From Anthoceros angustus (Eukaryota; Plantae; Anthocerotophyta), in contig MU008160.1 in the NCBI GenBank assembly GCA_010909165.1, positions 1,116,001-1,180,000 on the forward strand: DNA of 64,000 bases, given 5' to 3'. Positions within the stretch are counted from its first letter, which is position 1, and every line of letters starts with the position of its first letter. The notes under the pieces are model-generated. The model did no database searches. It saw nothing but the letters and a program-made list of their open reading frames with translations, and was not told the origin of the DNA. The translations under genes and the position numbers were made by a program. Positions 33,215-44,825 of this stretch are shown in pieces.

Positions 33215-36200
33215 TCACCTTGTACTATGCGTCTTCCACGTGCGCTTGTACCCACCACAATTTTCCATGCATTTTAGAATTCTCATACAAAAGACTTGCT
33301 CCACTTTCTCCGATACTAGTACAAATGGCTCATCCTCCAACTTATCATTGGATAACATGACATCGTTAACCATGAACATACGAGATGTATCTGTTTTGAT
33401 GGTGTGTGCTCTTTGTTCCATTGAGCCTTGAACCATCTCACCTTCAACACATTTACTTTTTAGACGGCCCTAAGTCCACCTCCAAAATCTTTTCCACCTT
33501 TCCAAAGATAGGGAAAATCGCTATAATAGGTTCGGTGTCCCCGCGATGTGAAACACATGCTTGGCTATATAGATGTTTTATAATGCTATCACATGTATTC
33601 TTTCCCCTGTCTGCATCTATAGTCCTTATATGATTTCCATATGCCCACATCATTTTATATGATCGCACACGCTGAGGAGGTCCTCGCACAATTGCGTCAC
33701 ATCCAACCCATAGGTTTGTACCGCATTTCCCTTTCTTCGCTACTATAACTTCATCTATCAACCATTCTCGCAAAAGGACGTTGCTGCTCATACCGTCATA
33801 CACTTTTCGCCATTTTTGAGTACAGTGAGTTTTCCACTAACACTTTCCTCATCATTGCATTTCCACATCATTCGGTCATAATTTTGCCATTCCTTGCAAT
33901 AACACCCCACATTGGGTGACATCATCTTCGATTTCCACACTCTTGGTGCCTCTTCATGTGTATTTCCAAAGAACTCGAGCTATAAAACATTATCTCTTGT
34001 GCTAAGTATCCTAAAGCCATGCTACCTTGTCGGGCTTTAACAAGTCCCTTTAACACTTTCATGTGCCTTTCTAAGAAATACATCCATCGATATCGAGTTG
34101 GTCCACATAATTCAACCTCCCGCACAAGATGAACAACAACATGTACTTGACTTGTAGAAAAGTCGTTGGAAATTCCTCCAACACACACATGATCTCCACA
34201 CTTTTCACCTTCATAGCTGGAATTTCATCCTTCGCAATTTCTTTTGAACAAAGCCACCGAATAGCTCGGCAAGATCACATATAGCCTTGTGAACATCATG
34301 ATGTATTAATCCTTTCAAGACAATTGGCCACAAATCCGTTAATGATGGTGATGATCATGAGACTTTAACCGAAAATTCCTCTTCTCTCCCTTTAGAAAAA
34401 CAACGCTCAAATTTGACCCATACCCAGGGAGTACGTATGCAAATCCTTGTTCTCAATTTTTCCTCTGCATTAGCATACATTCGCCTCTTTTGCCATGTCC
34501 AAGAACCGGCCGTGTCGTTATAAATGTCCGTCCCTGGTTCGCCAGTTTTTGCTACCTTGCACCCCATTTACAATGTTTTGGCCTCTTTGTCTCCTTCCAG
34601 CGATGGCCTCGCATGGGGCCACCAATCTTGTTTGGTATTTGAATACTCAAGATCTCTACGACTACCAAGGGAATCTTGATTCCCACATATGTGTGCCAAA
34701 ATCATTGACTTACATTCTTTCCAATGTGCATGATATCAAATAAGTGTCTCGATCAACAATATCGCAACCACCAAATAGCATGACTAAAAGTTAACCTTCA
34801 TGAATAGCTATTAGTCTACCTACCGATGCTACCAATAATATAATTAAAATATTCTTGAAAAGGGTAATACTTGCAAGACCCCATATGCATGCATACATAC
34901 CTCCCAAGATGGAAGCTCCTTAAAATTGAAGGCTCCGCTAGTAACACGTGGCCCTGCCTTCACCATTGTCTTTTGCATATTTCCGGTTAAAGCTTTCGAT
35001 CATAATATCCTCCGAGTTGGTGCATAGTCCGGATGAATAATTTCCATCCCCTTTCCATTGAATGAATCCCGCTCTTCCACTCTAAACTTGTGTTCCTCTG
35101 GTAAAATTTTCTAAAATTCTTATCATACGTCATTTTGTTTGTGAACATTGACTTTCTTGCTTCTAATTTGTCCCAACATATTGGACATGCCCGCTTCCCT
35201 TTTGTTTGCATTTTAGAAGTGAAAGAATATCCTGGATAATCATGCATCGTCCACAACAATAAGGCCTTCAATTTAAATTGTCTTTGAGCATTTCCAATAG
35301 CCATAGAAGCATCTTGTACGACCACACCTTCCTCCCAGACCTTCAACTCTTGATGAGTGGTTGAAATATATATCCGCATCTTTGACTTGCTTGGACCGGA
35401 ATAATCATTGACAACAATATATGCCCATTCTTGATAGATAACCAAGGAGTTATAATTGATAAGAAGCAGGCCATATAGAATACCTAGAACTTTGGTGCCC
35501 AAAGGGATTAATCCCATCCGTAGCAAGTCCTAATCGAATGTTGCGCGTCTCCTTAGCAAACTCTGGATAAGTGTTGTCCACATGTTCCCATGCATAGCTA
35601 TCTGATGGGACCCGCATAATCCCATCATTAGACTTATTTGTGGCGTGCCATGACATCATACTTGCTAGCTCCGGACATCTAAACATTTGTTTCAATCTAG
35701 GAATCAATGGAAAATATCAAGTAGCTTAACGGTACACTGTTTCTTCGTGTCAATTCGATACCTATGTTCCCACATCTTTAATAGCAATTGAAAACTACTG
35801 AACAACATACAATCATCTTGACAAGCATGTATGGATGTATATGTTAGGCCAAACCCTTAAGCATCTTTTTAATTTCAGCCCTACTTTTGGCAACTTGTTG
35901 CCAACCGGGAGGCCTAATTTGCCTAGTAATGATAAAATTGAATTCAAAGATGCATCCGACCAGCCATGCCTCCTTTGGATGTTCAATAACAATAAAATGA
36001 ATGCCAATAAACTTATCTCGGCTCCAACCCATAGAGGCGGTTGCGCGGTGTGCATCGTCTTTAATTCCTCGTGCAAGGAATCGACTGTTTTAGTCATGCG
36101 ATGAAACCCCACCAAGTGCCTCCACCAACTCTATGGTCACTTGTTCGTGGGATGAATGTTGACATGTTCTTCATCAACCTCAAAATGATCATCAACCTCA
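33215..36200 (-). pseudogene. CACTA TnpD/Tnp2-type transposase, frameshifted
   Basis: IPRLKQMF...MMSWHA...DGIMRVPSDSYAWEHVD..YPEFAKETRNIRLGLATDGINPF; WTMHDYPGY...ACPIC; VHVVVHLVREVELCGPTRYRWMYFLERHMKVLKGLV; EPFVLVSEKVEQVF. The domain order is that of CACTA transposases. Confidence 0.92.
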
Positions 36201-36454
36201 ATAAAATCTTGTTCCTCTTCAACTGATTATTCAATCACACGCACAAAATAAATATCAAATAAGTATATAAAATATTGTAGTACTATATAGAATAAATTAT
36301 ATTATAATTTAATAACTTTAGTATAACCACTATTATTAAGGAAATATTGAACAACATGCAAAACTAAAAGGTTAAGAAGTCAAGTCGACAAGATATACTA
36401 ATTGTTTTGTTGCGATATAGTCAATATACACAAGGTACAAGACCCTCAACATCA

Positions 36455-37310
36455 ACTCTTCTACATCCTACACACAAAAACTATTCCACATCCTCGTGCA
36501 TCAACTTTGCCTTCAATTTCTTCCACTCCATCTGCGTAATTTAATGTGTCTATGTACTCTTCCCGCACGGCCTTCCTTTTGGCTTCAAATGGTTCGGGTT
36601 ATACCAATTGTAATCAACAAACAACTCTTCCCAGCATTAATGGTCCTCACCGCCCAAGTGCAAATCCAATCAAGATGGTCGTCACTTAGTAGCTCATGCC
36701 CATCCGACCTTTCTTCCCATATGCAATTTTGCTTGATTGCGATATTTCCACTACTACTATTCATATATCCCGCCACATTCCCATATGCAACATGCCCATC
36801 GAGGTACTCAATTGGGCCATCATTAACATCTTTACCGAGTCTATTGAAAGTCAATGCATACTTCGGAACTGTAACGTAGTTCACTATCTTGTTATATTCT
36901 CCTGTATACTTTGGACCCCAAACACAAACAAAGGAACTCCATTCACATTATCTTTTCTCACTACGATTTTCTCCATGGAAAATAAACCCAACCCCATGGT
37001 CGGGTTTGTTGCCTCCTTCACTATCCACCTTCCCCCAATATAGAAATGACTTGTTAATAGGAATAGGTCCCTTCTCCCACATTCCCCATTCTCTAGGGTA
37101 CACGCCTTTCAAAAGATGCTTGTATAAAACAATAGCATCATGAGACTTTGGATCTTCCCCTCTTTTGGATGATAAGGAGGTGCAATAAAGGGTCCATGGT
37201 CCCGCCTTTCCATCCAAAGGTTTTCCTACACCGCAAAGCCATGTGTCCACTCCTACGCCTGTACTTGTTATAACATGCAAACAAATCAAACTCCTTCCAA
37301 CTATAAAAAA
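36455..37310 (-). pseudogene. SET-domain-like ORF directly 5' of the CACTA transposase
   Basis: With frameshift read-through: MGLGLFSMEKIVV...LFVF-GPKYTGE...PKYAL...YLDGHVAYGNVAGYMNSS...NCIWEE...WICTWAVRTINA-GEELFVDYNW. Confidence 0.7.
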
Positions 37311-37539
37311 CAACCATAATTACACATATGAATAATTAAACTACCTTTAATATAACAAGACAAACATACTTACCACAATTAGTATGCCACATCGTAATTA
37401 TTCTATAGATAATATTATATAATTGCTTTATTATTGTATTTTCTAGCATAGAAGAAAAGGGCTCCATAATTACTTCATTAGTTTATTTCCTAGCATAGAA
37501 GAAAAGGATTGCAACTCACAGCCAGGCTACGGTTCTCCT

Positions 37540-37645
37540 TGTTCCGCTATTTCTTCTCCTCCTCCTCCTTCTCCTCGTCCTCCTTCTCCTCCTCGTTGTT
37601 CTTCTCCTCCTCGTCCTCCTTCTCCTCGCTTCTTCATCTCCTTGC
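37540..37645. repeat. Low-complexity (CCT/TCT)n tract, possibly an upstream exon of the SET ORF
   Basis: Purine-rich GAG/GGA run on minus, followed by a GTGAGT donor-like site near 37520. A TTTTTTATAG acceptor-like site lies near 37300. Confidence 0.5.
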
Positions 37646-37936
37646 GGTTCTCCACCGGGACTTCATTCTGTGGAGGTAAGGTCCATTCTTGCGCAAATGT
37701 TTACGATTGGTTAGCTCACGAACTCGCCTTGCACTCTTTGCACCAACATTTTTGGAAAATATATTGGATATTTGGGCGCTTAAATCTACGAGCGATCCAT
37801 AAGGACCTACCTCAACAATGATCGTGGGTTAGCTTAAGCTCGACAACACTTGCCCCTCCTTCACCGAGCACGCTGGAAAGTGCAGAGGCTACCTTCGATG
37901 AAGTGCTCCGGCCCTCGCCCAACCTCCGTGATCCGT

Positions 37937-38500
37937 AAATCCGCATAAATGAGCCAATTCTAATCTAGAGCAATTCCATGCAACTCGATAACGCGATACT
38001 CAAAACGCTTTACAAAGAGCATAGACCGCGGACTTGTAGCTATCTAGCATCCAGCGGATGGTCGATTTAGGTGTGCACCGTTTTTTTATTGACCCTTGCT
38101 ACTAGAAGGCCCTCGCCACGCACGATGGAAGGCCCTTCTAGCTATGTAGTGGATGGTTAGTAGCGGGACAAGAGAAGGCCTCACATGGTGCTTATTAGGC
38201 GGTCAATCCAAAGCGCTTTACAACACGAGGCGCTGTAAATCGGTTGCAAATTATCAACGCCTCTTATCAACGCATGCAACATTTGCAACGACCAGCAGCC
38301 AATTCTAATCATGAGCAATTGCATGCAACTCGATAACACCAAAACGCTTTGCAAAGAGCACCACCGCAAACGGACTTGTAGCTATCTAGCATCGCTGCGG
38401 ATGGTGCCCTTGCTATGAGAAGGCCCTCGCACGCAATGGAAGGCGGCTTGGCCTCTACTGATGTCAAAACCGCAGCTTGGCCTCTACGGTGCAATGGTCC
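37937..38500. repeat. Degenerate direct repeat, 2 copies about 350 bp apart
   Basis: agccaattctaatc...gcaactcgataac...caaaacgcttt.caaagagca...ggacttgtagctatctagcatc occurs near 37950 and 38297. Confidence 0.8.
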
Positions 38501-40724
38501 AAAGCGAAGCTAGCTACAGCAATAGCAATTTGCAAAGCATCTGTAAAGCACCGTAGTATGCTATTGATATAGCCTTAGCTTACTTAAGGCGCAAGCCTTT
38601 CCTTATTTATGGGACTCAAGATTGTGAAATGTGTGAGCAACTTTATATCAAAAGCTCGCATTTTTACATCACCGATAGGCGATCGCCTTTGCCAACCTCG
38701 CATGACTTGGGTAGACTACGTAAACCACATTTGTGATGAGTTCATTATCACTCGATCCGCCCCGGTCCATCGTGAGCATAGTCTTCACAAAAGGTATGGC
38801 TCTCAGGCTCCATTCGTGATGCCGATTAAAACCTTCGACAAACAAAAATCTACCTTATTAGCATTTATCATGCAAAGAAATGATCACTCACAGACTTTTA
38901 CACTTACGATAGAAGGAGATGATTAGGTTGGGCACAAGATCCAGATTTCTCCAACAGTCGAGTCATCCGTAGTTCCGCTTTCTTCACAAAAGTAAGCCCT
39001 TGGAGACCGGATCGAGAGTAGTACCAATCGTGATGATAGCTCGACCGTGGCGCATGGAAGCATGTGACCAAAAACAAGGACGAGTTCCATCCGAAGGGTG
39101 GGACCCTTCTTTCTCCGAGGAAGGCTAGAGGACGAATGTTACACAACCCTTGTCACAAGGGTCAAAGTTTGCACACCATGTGCATCACCTCCTCTTCATC
39201 ACGCTGCCTCCTCGACTGGGATCCACCTCGAAGGTCTCGGCCGGCGCCGCCAGTTGTTTACCGCCATCACCTCCGGTTCTCCCGCCGCTGCCAGTTGTTT
39301 ACCGCCATCACTCAAAACGCACTTGACGGCCGGTCGCTTAACACAATCGGAGTTTACAACCGTAGTTCACAATCGCTGGTCGGACAAACACAATCACCAG
39401 TGTGTGCAGCACTTTGAGCCGCATAACCGCCTCACTTGGGAACGGATCAGCTATAAACTATAGTGTACCGAGTTCGCTACTGGAAACAGGAACAAAGTGA
39501 CAGCCCCAAGGAGCCCCTTACTCTCAAACCCATGGCGCCAAAGAAACCATATGGCGCGACTTTCGCCGATGGCCACCGCACAATCCTGTCGGTCGCTAGG
39601 AAGAAGTCCGCTCCAAGGGAATGATAGGCTACCGCGCTTCGTGTGATTCCTACTTCTAGCGCTGCTCACCCTCAACACACATACTCCTAACTACTCACAA
39701 CGCTCACCGTATAAGCCTTGTGATGGCTAAACGCTTAAGGACCTGTCACGTCTGTGACTGCTCACATCCGTCCTCACACATCCAGCCCTTTCCTTTCTCC
39801 TCTCACGCTACACTCCCGCCTTAGAAAAGACGCTGGTTACATGCCGACCTCCTCCGCTGCTCCGGCCTCCGTCCGGCTCAGACGCCTCCCGAGTTCCTCC
39901 GGCCACACGCCCACGTCCGGCCGCTGCTCCGGACGAGCACGTCACACCACCCTTCCCCGCACACACCACAACGCTGCTAGGTCCGCCAGACCTTGATCAA
40001 TCTCCCGAGCTGCCGTGCTCGCTGACTCAGACTCACGTTAGCAAGAAGACACACAAAGGTCCGCAAGAACGCGGATCAACACCAAGAGAAAGATGATTTA
40101 TCTGTGGGCCTTAGCCCTCTTATACTACGCCAAGGTCGGCGCCTTTATTACACCTCTATTCGAGCCGAGGGCCACTGCCCCTAACCACCGCCTACTATCC
40201 TCGCTTATTCCACCTATCGCCGTCGGTGGGCTGGATGGCCCTCATTCCTTCTTGGCACCGGCCCAAAGCCGAGCTGCCGGGCAAGCAAGACCTAATCGGA
40301 TGATCCGCGAGGGACCCTTCTTCCTGAGGGTCCAGTCAGCCACCGGCGGCCCGACAACGGCGGGCCACCACCAAGTCTTCCTCCTCCCTCTTCTCTCTCG
40401 GCGGCCCCGCAGGGCCTCCAAGGTTGGATCTGGGTGGTGGATGGTGGCTCCCCACTCCCGAGTTTGGACCTCAGACTGCCTCGACTCGAGTCCGGACCTC
40501 TAGGTCCGGCCTCCGGGTCCGGCCTCCGGCCCCTTCTGAGTCCGGCCCCTGGGACCGGACCCTCCGGGTCCGGCCTGACCCAACCTTCGGGTCCGGACCT
40601 CGTGGTCCGACTCTACCAGAGTCTGGATCCCTAAGTCCAGACGGGCCGGACCTGATCCGCCTTCTCGGAGTCCGGACAAAGTCCGACCTCGCTCCTGGGC
40701 ATGCCTCCGCCGCTAGCCACGGGT

Positions 40725-43450
40725 TCATCCACCGAGCCTCCCTTGGTTCCCGAATGCCCGCTGCCCCTTCCCCTTCAAGATCCTCCTCGTCCTTCCATGC
40801 GAGGGTGCCGAGCTTACCTCCTGTGGCGCCCTTCCTCCTCCTCCTCCGCTTCCTCGCTGCTGCCGCTCATCAGCCCTAGGACTCCCTGCCCAGCTGCCCC
40901 CCGGTCCGCCTCCTCGCCTCCTCCTCCTCCTTCCTTCCGAAGTCCCTCCGCCTAGGGTGGCGCAGACCTCGTGAGCCTTGAGGAGCTCTGGTAGTAGGCG
41001 GTCGGAATCGACTTGCCGAATCGCCTCCTCCATGAGCCCGAGCACCCCTCTCCTCCAAAGGTGCTCCAATCGAGCCGCCCACCGCCTGCCTCGTGGCCAA
41101 GCCACCAGAGGGCGGACCCTTGAGGCCAAAGGCTGCCTCTACCTCTTGCAACCTTCGCGCCGCCTCCTCCTCCTCCTCTGTTGTTCCCCGCCATTTGGGC
41201 CATGGAGCCGAGCTCCTTCCGCCTCGCAACCCCAGCTTCCTTCCTCCTTCCTCCTTCTTCTATTCTTTCCCGAGGTCCTCCACTTCCTTCTCCAGGGCGG
41301 TATCCCGCCCGACTCGGCTTCCGCCACGCCTCCGCAACCCGGGCGACGCCGAACTCGCACCGCCTTCCCCTCTCTTTCAAGCGAGCTGGAGGCCCACCTC
41401 TCGTCAAGTCTTGGATTCTCGTTGAGAACCCCCGCCGCTCCGATGCATCTTGGAGTTGCAACCCAAGGTGTCCTTGTTGTCCTCCGCCTCCGCCTCCGCC
41501 TTCTACCTCGCACTGCACTCGAGGTCCCCAATCCCGTGCTGGCCTCTGGCCTCCGGGCTCGACGGCTTGCCCATGCGGCCACTTGCTCGGCTCGATTGGC
41601 CGCCTCTCCACCGGCCCGATCACGCCGATAGTGATCGCGATCGGCCGCCGTGGCCTCCGCCTCCTTGGCCACCTTCACCGAGCCTCCACTTGGCTCGTCC
41701 ACGGGCCGCCTCCAGATCCCGCGCCTGCTCGCTTGCCCGGCCTCCGCTCACACGCCTCCGCCTGCAGAGGTCCTCCGCCCGCTGGGCCTCCTTGCCTCAC
41801 TGCTCCTCCATGAAGGAATTTGGTCCGGCCCCTTGGATGGACCAGACCTCCTCTCCGCCTCCCGCTTTCCTCAATCCGCCGAGCTTCCTTCCTTCTCGCC
41901 TGGCTCCTCCAACGCCTCCCGGAGGAGCACCATGCGCCCGGTGGCTTCCACCTCCGGGCCTTCTCGGCCATCCCGCAGACCCAGCATACCGTCCATGACG
42001 GTAGCTGTGACCCGCCGTGTTTCCTCCACGGCCGCCGTGAGGCTCCCACAAAGTCCGAGGAGCGATCTCACGGTCCGTCAAGGACCTCCATACCATGAGC
42101 AAGTCCGGACTGGGTTCTCCGGACCCAATCAGACCCTTAGGTCCCGAGGCCGAGCCCGAGCTTCCCCTCCTTGGCCCTTTTGGCATGAGCTCCTTCTCCG
42201 CCCCTTTCCTCGGGCTCGGCGGAGGTGATGGAGTCCGGAGCACGCCTTTTGCCCTTCCGGGCGCGAGGACGGCCCGGATGCGGCCGCCGTGGCCTCCGCC
42301 TCCTTGGCCCTTTTGGCGCGAGCTCCTTCTCGCCTCCCATCGCTTCCTCCGCTTCAGTGGGAAGAGGTACTGCACCGACCGGGGTGCCGCCGTGGTCTTG
42401 CGCTTTGCCTCCGTCCGCGGGCTCCTCACCGAGTGATGGGGTGCTGGGGCCGGCCGCCTCGGCCGGCTGCCCGGGTTGGGGCACGGAAGGAGGAGGCGAA
42501 TTGCTTCCCATACTGGTGGTGAGGGGTCCGCCCAGCGTATGGAGTCCGGAATCCTCCCATCCTCCTCCCGAGTCCGCTTGGTTTTTTCGACCGGCCTCCT
42601 CCCTCCGGCCTTGCCCGCCTCCACTTCCAGGGCCTCCCCTTTCCCGAGCGCTCAAGCTCTCCTTCCGAGGAGTTCAAATGCCCCATACATGGATCGTATG
42701 GGGACTGATGGCGGGGCTTCGCCCCGAGCTTATGAGCCTCGCTAAACCGGGCGAAGATAATCCTTCCCCCCCGCCTCTTCCCCGGCACGCGTGCGGGGAA
42801 CACTAATAGATTATCACCAAGGTGATCCACCTTGGTGAGTAGGTTCCAGTGGACATGATCCGCCACCGACTGACCGTCGGCCAGTCGGATATCGACCAAC
42901 CGTTGGTGGTCCGCTGCCCTGTGCCTTAGACGCCGGTGGACCTATCTTCCCCTTCGCCTTGAGGGGCTCCGGCACCACTCCCCCCTCTTCCTCCTTGGGG
43001 CGGTTGTAGGCCGCCTTCAGGACCTCCAAGGTCCATCGCCTTGGGTCCTCCCGGAGGTTCTTGGACCGCACCTCCTTATTGACCGCCGCCAGCATCTTCC
43101 GGGCAAACTCCCGGACCAGAGTGACATCCAAATGTCCGCACCATTTGGAACACATCCAAATGCCACTCGCACCAATTCCCCGCCTCGGAGCCAGAGCCCA
43201 AAGTCCGGATAGCGGGTCACAATGTTGCGCCCACAAGGTTCCATGGCTCCCAAACTTCCGCGGCTTTTGGGTGCCATCGCCTTCTTCTCCTTGGTTGCGC
43301 CGTCAGACCGCTGCACGTGAGCCTCTCGCCGCGCTGCTCGCTTCTCCGACCTCAACGGTGAGCCGCGCACAAGACGTCGAGTGTCCCACGAGATACCGCC
43401 AGAGAGCCGGACGGAGCGCAAGAGATCGCGAGAATTGTCTCGAGGTCACA
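40725..43450 (-). pseudogene. Extra ORF between pol and 3' LTR, coiled-coil-rich, function unknown
   Basis: Consistent minus-strand peptides in both copies: WMCSKWCGHLDVTLVREFARKMLAAVNKEVRSK, DHVHWNLLTKVDHLGDNLLVF and VKVAKEAEA. Homologous sequence at 54730-58850. Confidence 0.55.
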
Positions 43451-43499
43451 AAATGACCTTCTTCCGCGACCACGCCGGAGTAACCGGGCGGAGGGCGCC

Positions 43500-44825
43500 T
43501 TCTGTCAGAATCGCCGAGGTCGCATGGCTTACTCGCGCTTACGCCGCCGCATTGCCTACTCCGCCGCCGCGCGTGAATACCTGCTATAACGGCCTGCAAG
43601 GTTACGGTCGACCAGCATGCCCGCCTCCACTGTGGTCGCCCACGTGGCGCCGCCCCGTCTTACGCTCCAACTTCTAAGTTACTTTGGCGATTTATCCCGC
43701 CTGGTCTCGGAGTGGGTCCGGACTTATTACGCCCGCCATCGTAGGTCCGGGTACGCCTCACTCCGAGTCGAGTATACTCCGAGTGCCCCCGAGTGCTAAC
43801 CGCTTATTTCCTCCTTTTCGCCTTATCCTCCCACAAAAACAAACCCTACCTAATTTCTAACCCCTGTGGAAGTCCGTAGTCCACATACTCCCTTCTCACC
43901 GCTACGCCTCCGCCAACACTAAGCGTGGTACTTTTTCACCCGCCACCCGCTCACCCGAGTGGCGCTTCACCATCCAACCGCCGTGAACGGACCCATTGGG
44001 GTATACTGCACGACTTGGTAAGGCCCCATCCATCGTAGGTGGAGTTTACCCGGTGCATAGTGCATCGTAAAGGAGGGGCGATCTCCTCCTTCACATACTC
44101 CCGATTCCTAAGGCGCCTATCATGCCATTGCGTTGATTCTGCATATTGCATCGGCGCCTCTTCCACACATCGTAGCGCATGGTGCGCAGCTTACTCGGCG
44201 CTTCTGTTGCGTACTCGGCCCCTCGCCGCGCGGCGGGCGTGAATACTGCTATAACGGCCTCACAGCGATTCGGTCTGCTGCATGCCGTCCTCCACTCGGT
44301 CGTCACGTGGCGTCGCCGGTCGTCCCTGCGCTCCAACTTCTAAGTTACTTTCCTGGCGTACTTATCACCTTTGGTCACAGGTAGTGGGTCTTGCGTCGCC
44401 ATCGTGGGTCTAAATGCGTTCCTCACTCCGAGTCGAGTATACTCAGTGCCGTCCGAGTGCTAACCGCTTATTTCCTCCTTTTCGCCTCATTTTATCCTTC
44501 CTCCCACAAAATCCTACCTAATTTCTAACCCCGAGTAGTCACATACTCCCTTCTCACTGTTGGCGTCTCGCCAACACTAAGCGTGTACTTTTTCACCCGC
44601 CACCCGCTCACCCGAGTGGCGGCGGTTCACCATCCAGCGTGAGCGGACCCATTGGGGTATAAATGCGACTTGGTAAGGCCCCATCCATCGTAGGTGGAGT
44701 TTACAGGAAGTGCATATGTCGGTATCGTAAGGAGGCGGATCTCCCTCCTTCACATACTCCCGATTCCTAAGGCGCCTATCATGCCACGGCTTGCGTTGAT
44801 TACATACCGATTGCATTATTGCGCC
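43500..44825. repeat. Degenerate internal tandem duplication, about 660 bp
   Basis: gcgtgaatactgctataacggcct...cctacctaatttctaacccc...ttcacatactcccgattcctaaggcgcctatcatgcca appears twice. Confidence 0.8.

Noticed and set aside
39456-39468. TAGTG as the right TIR of the CACTA starting at 25026
   Set aside because: Only 5 bp match (expected CCTTGTAGTG), and the flank TAC does not match the left flank CAT.
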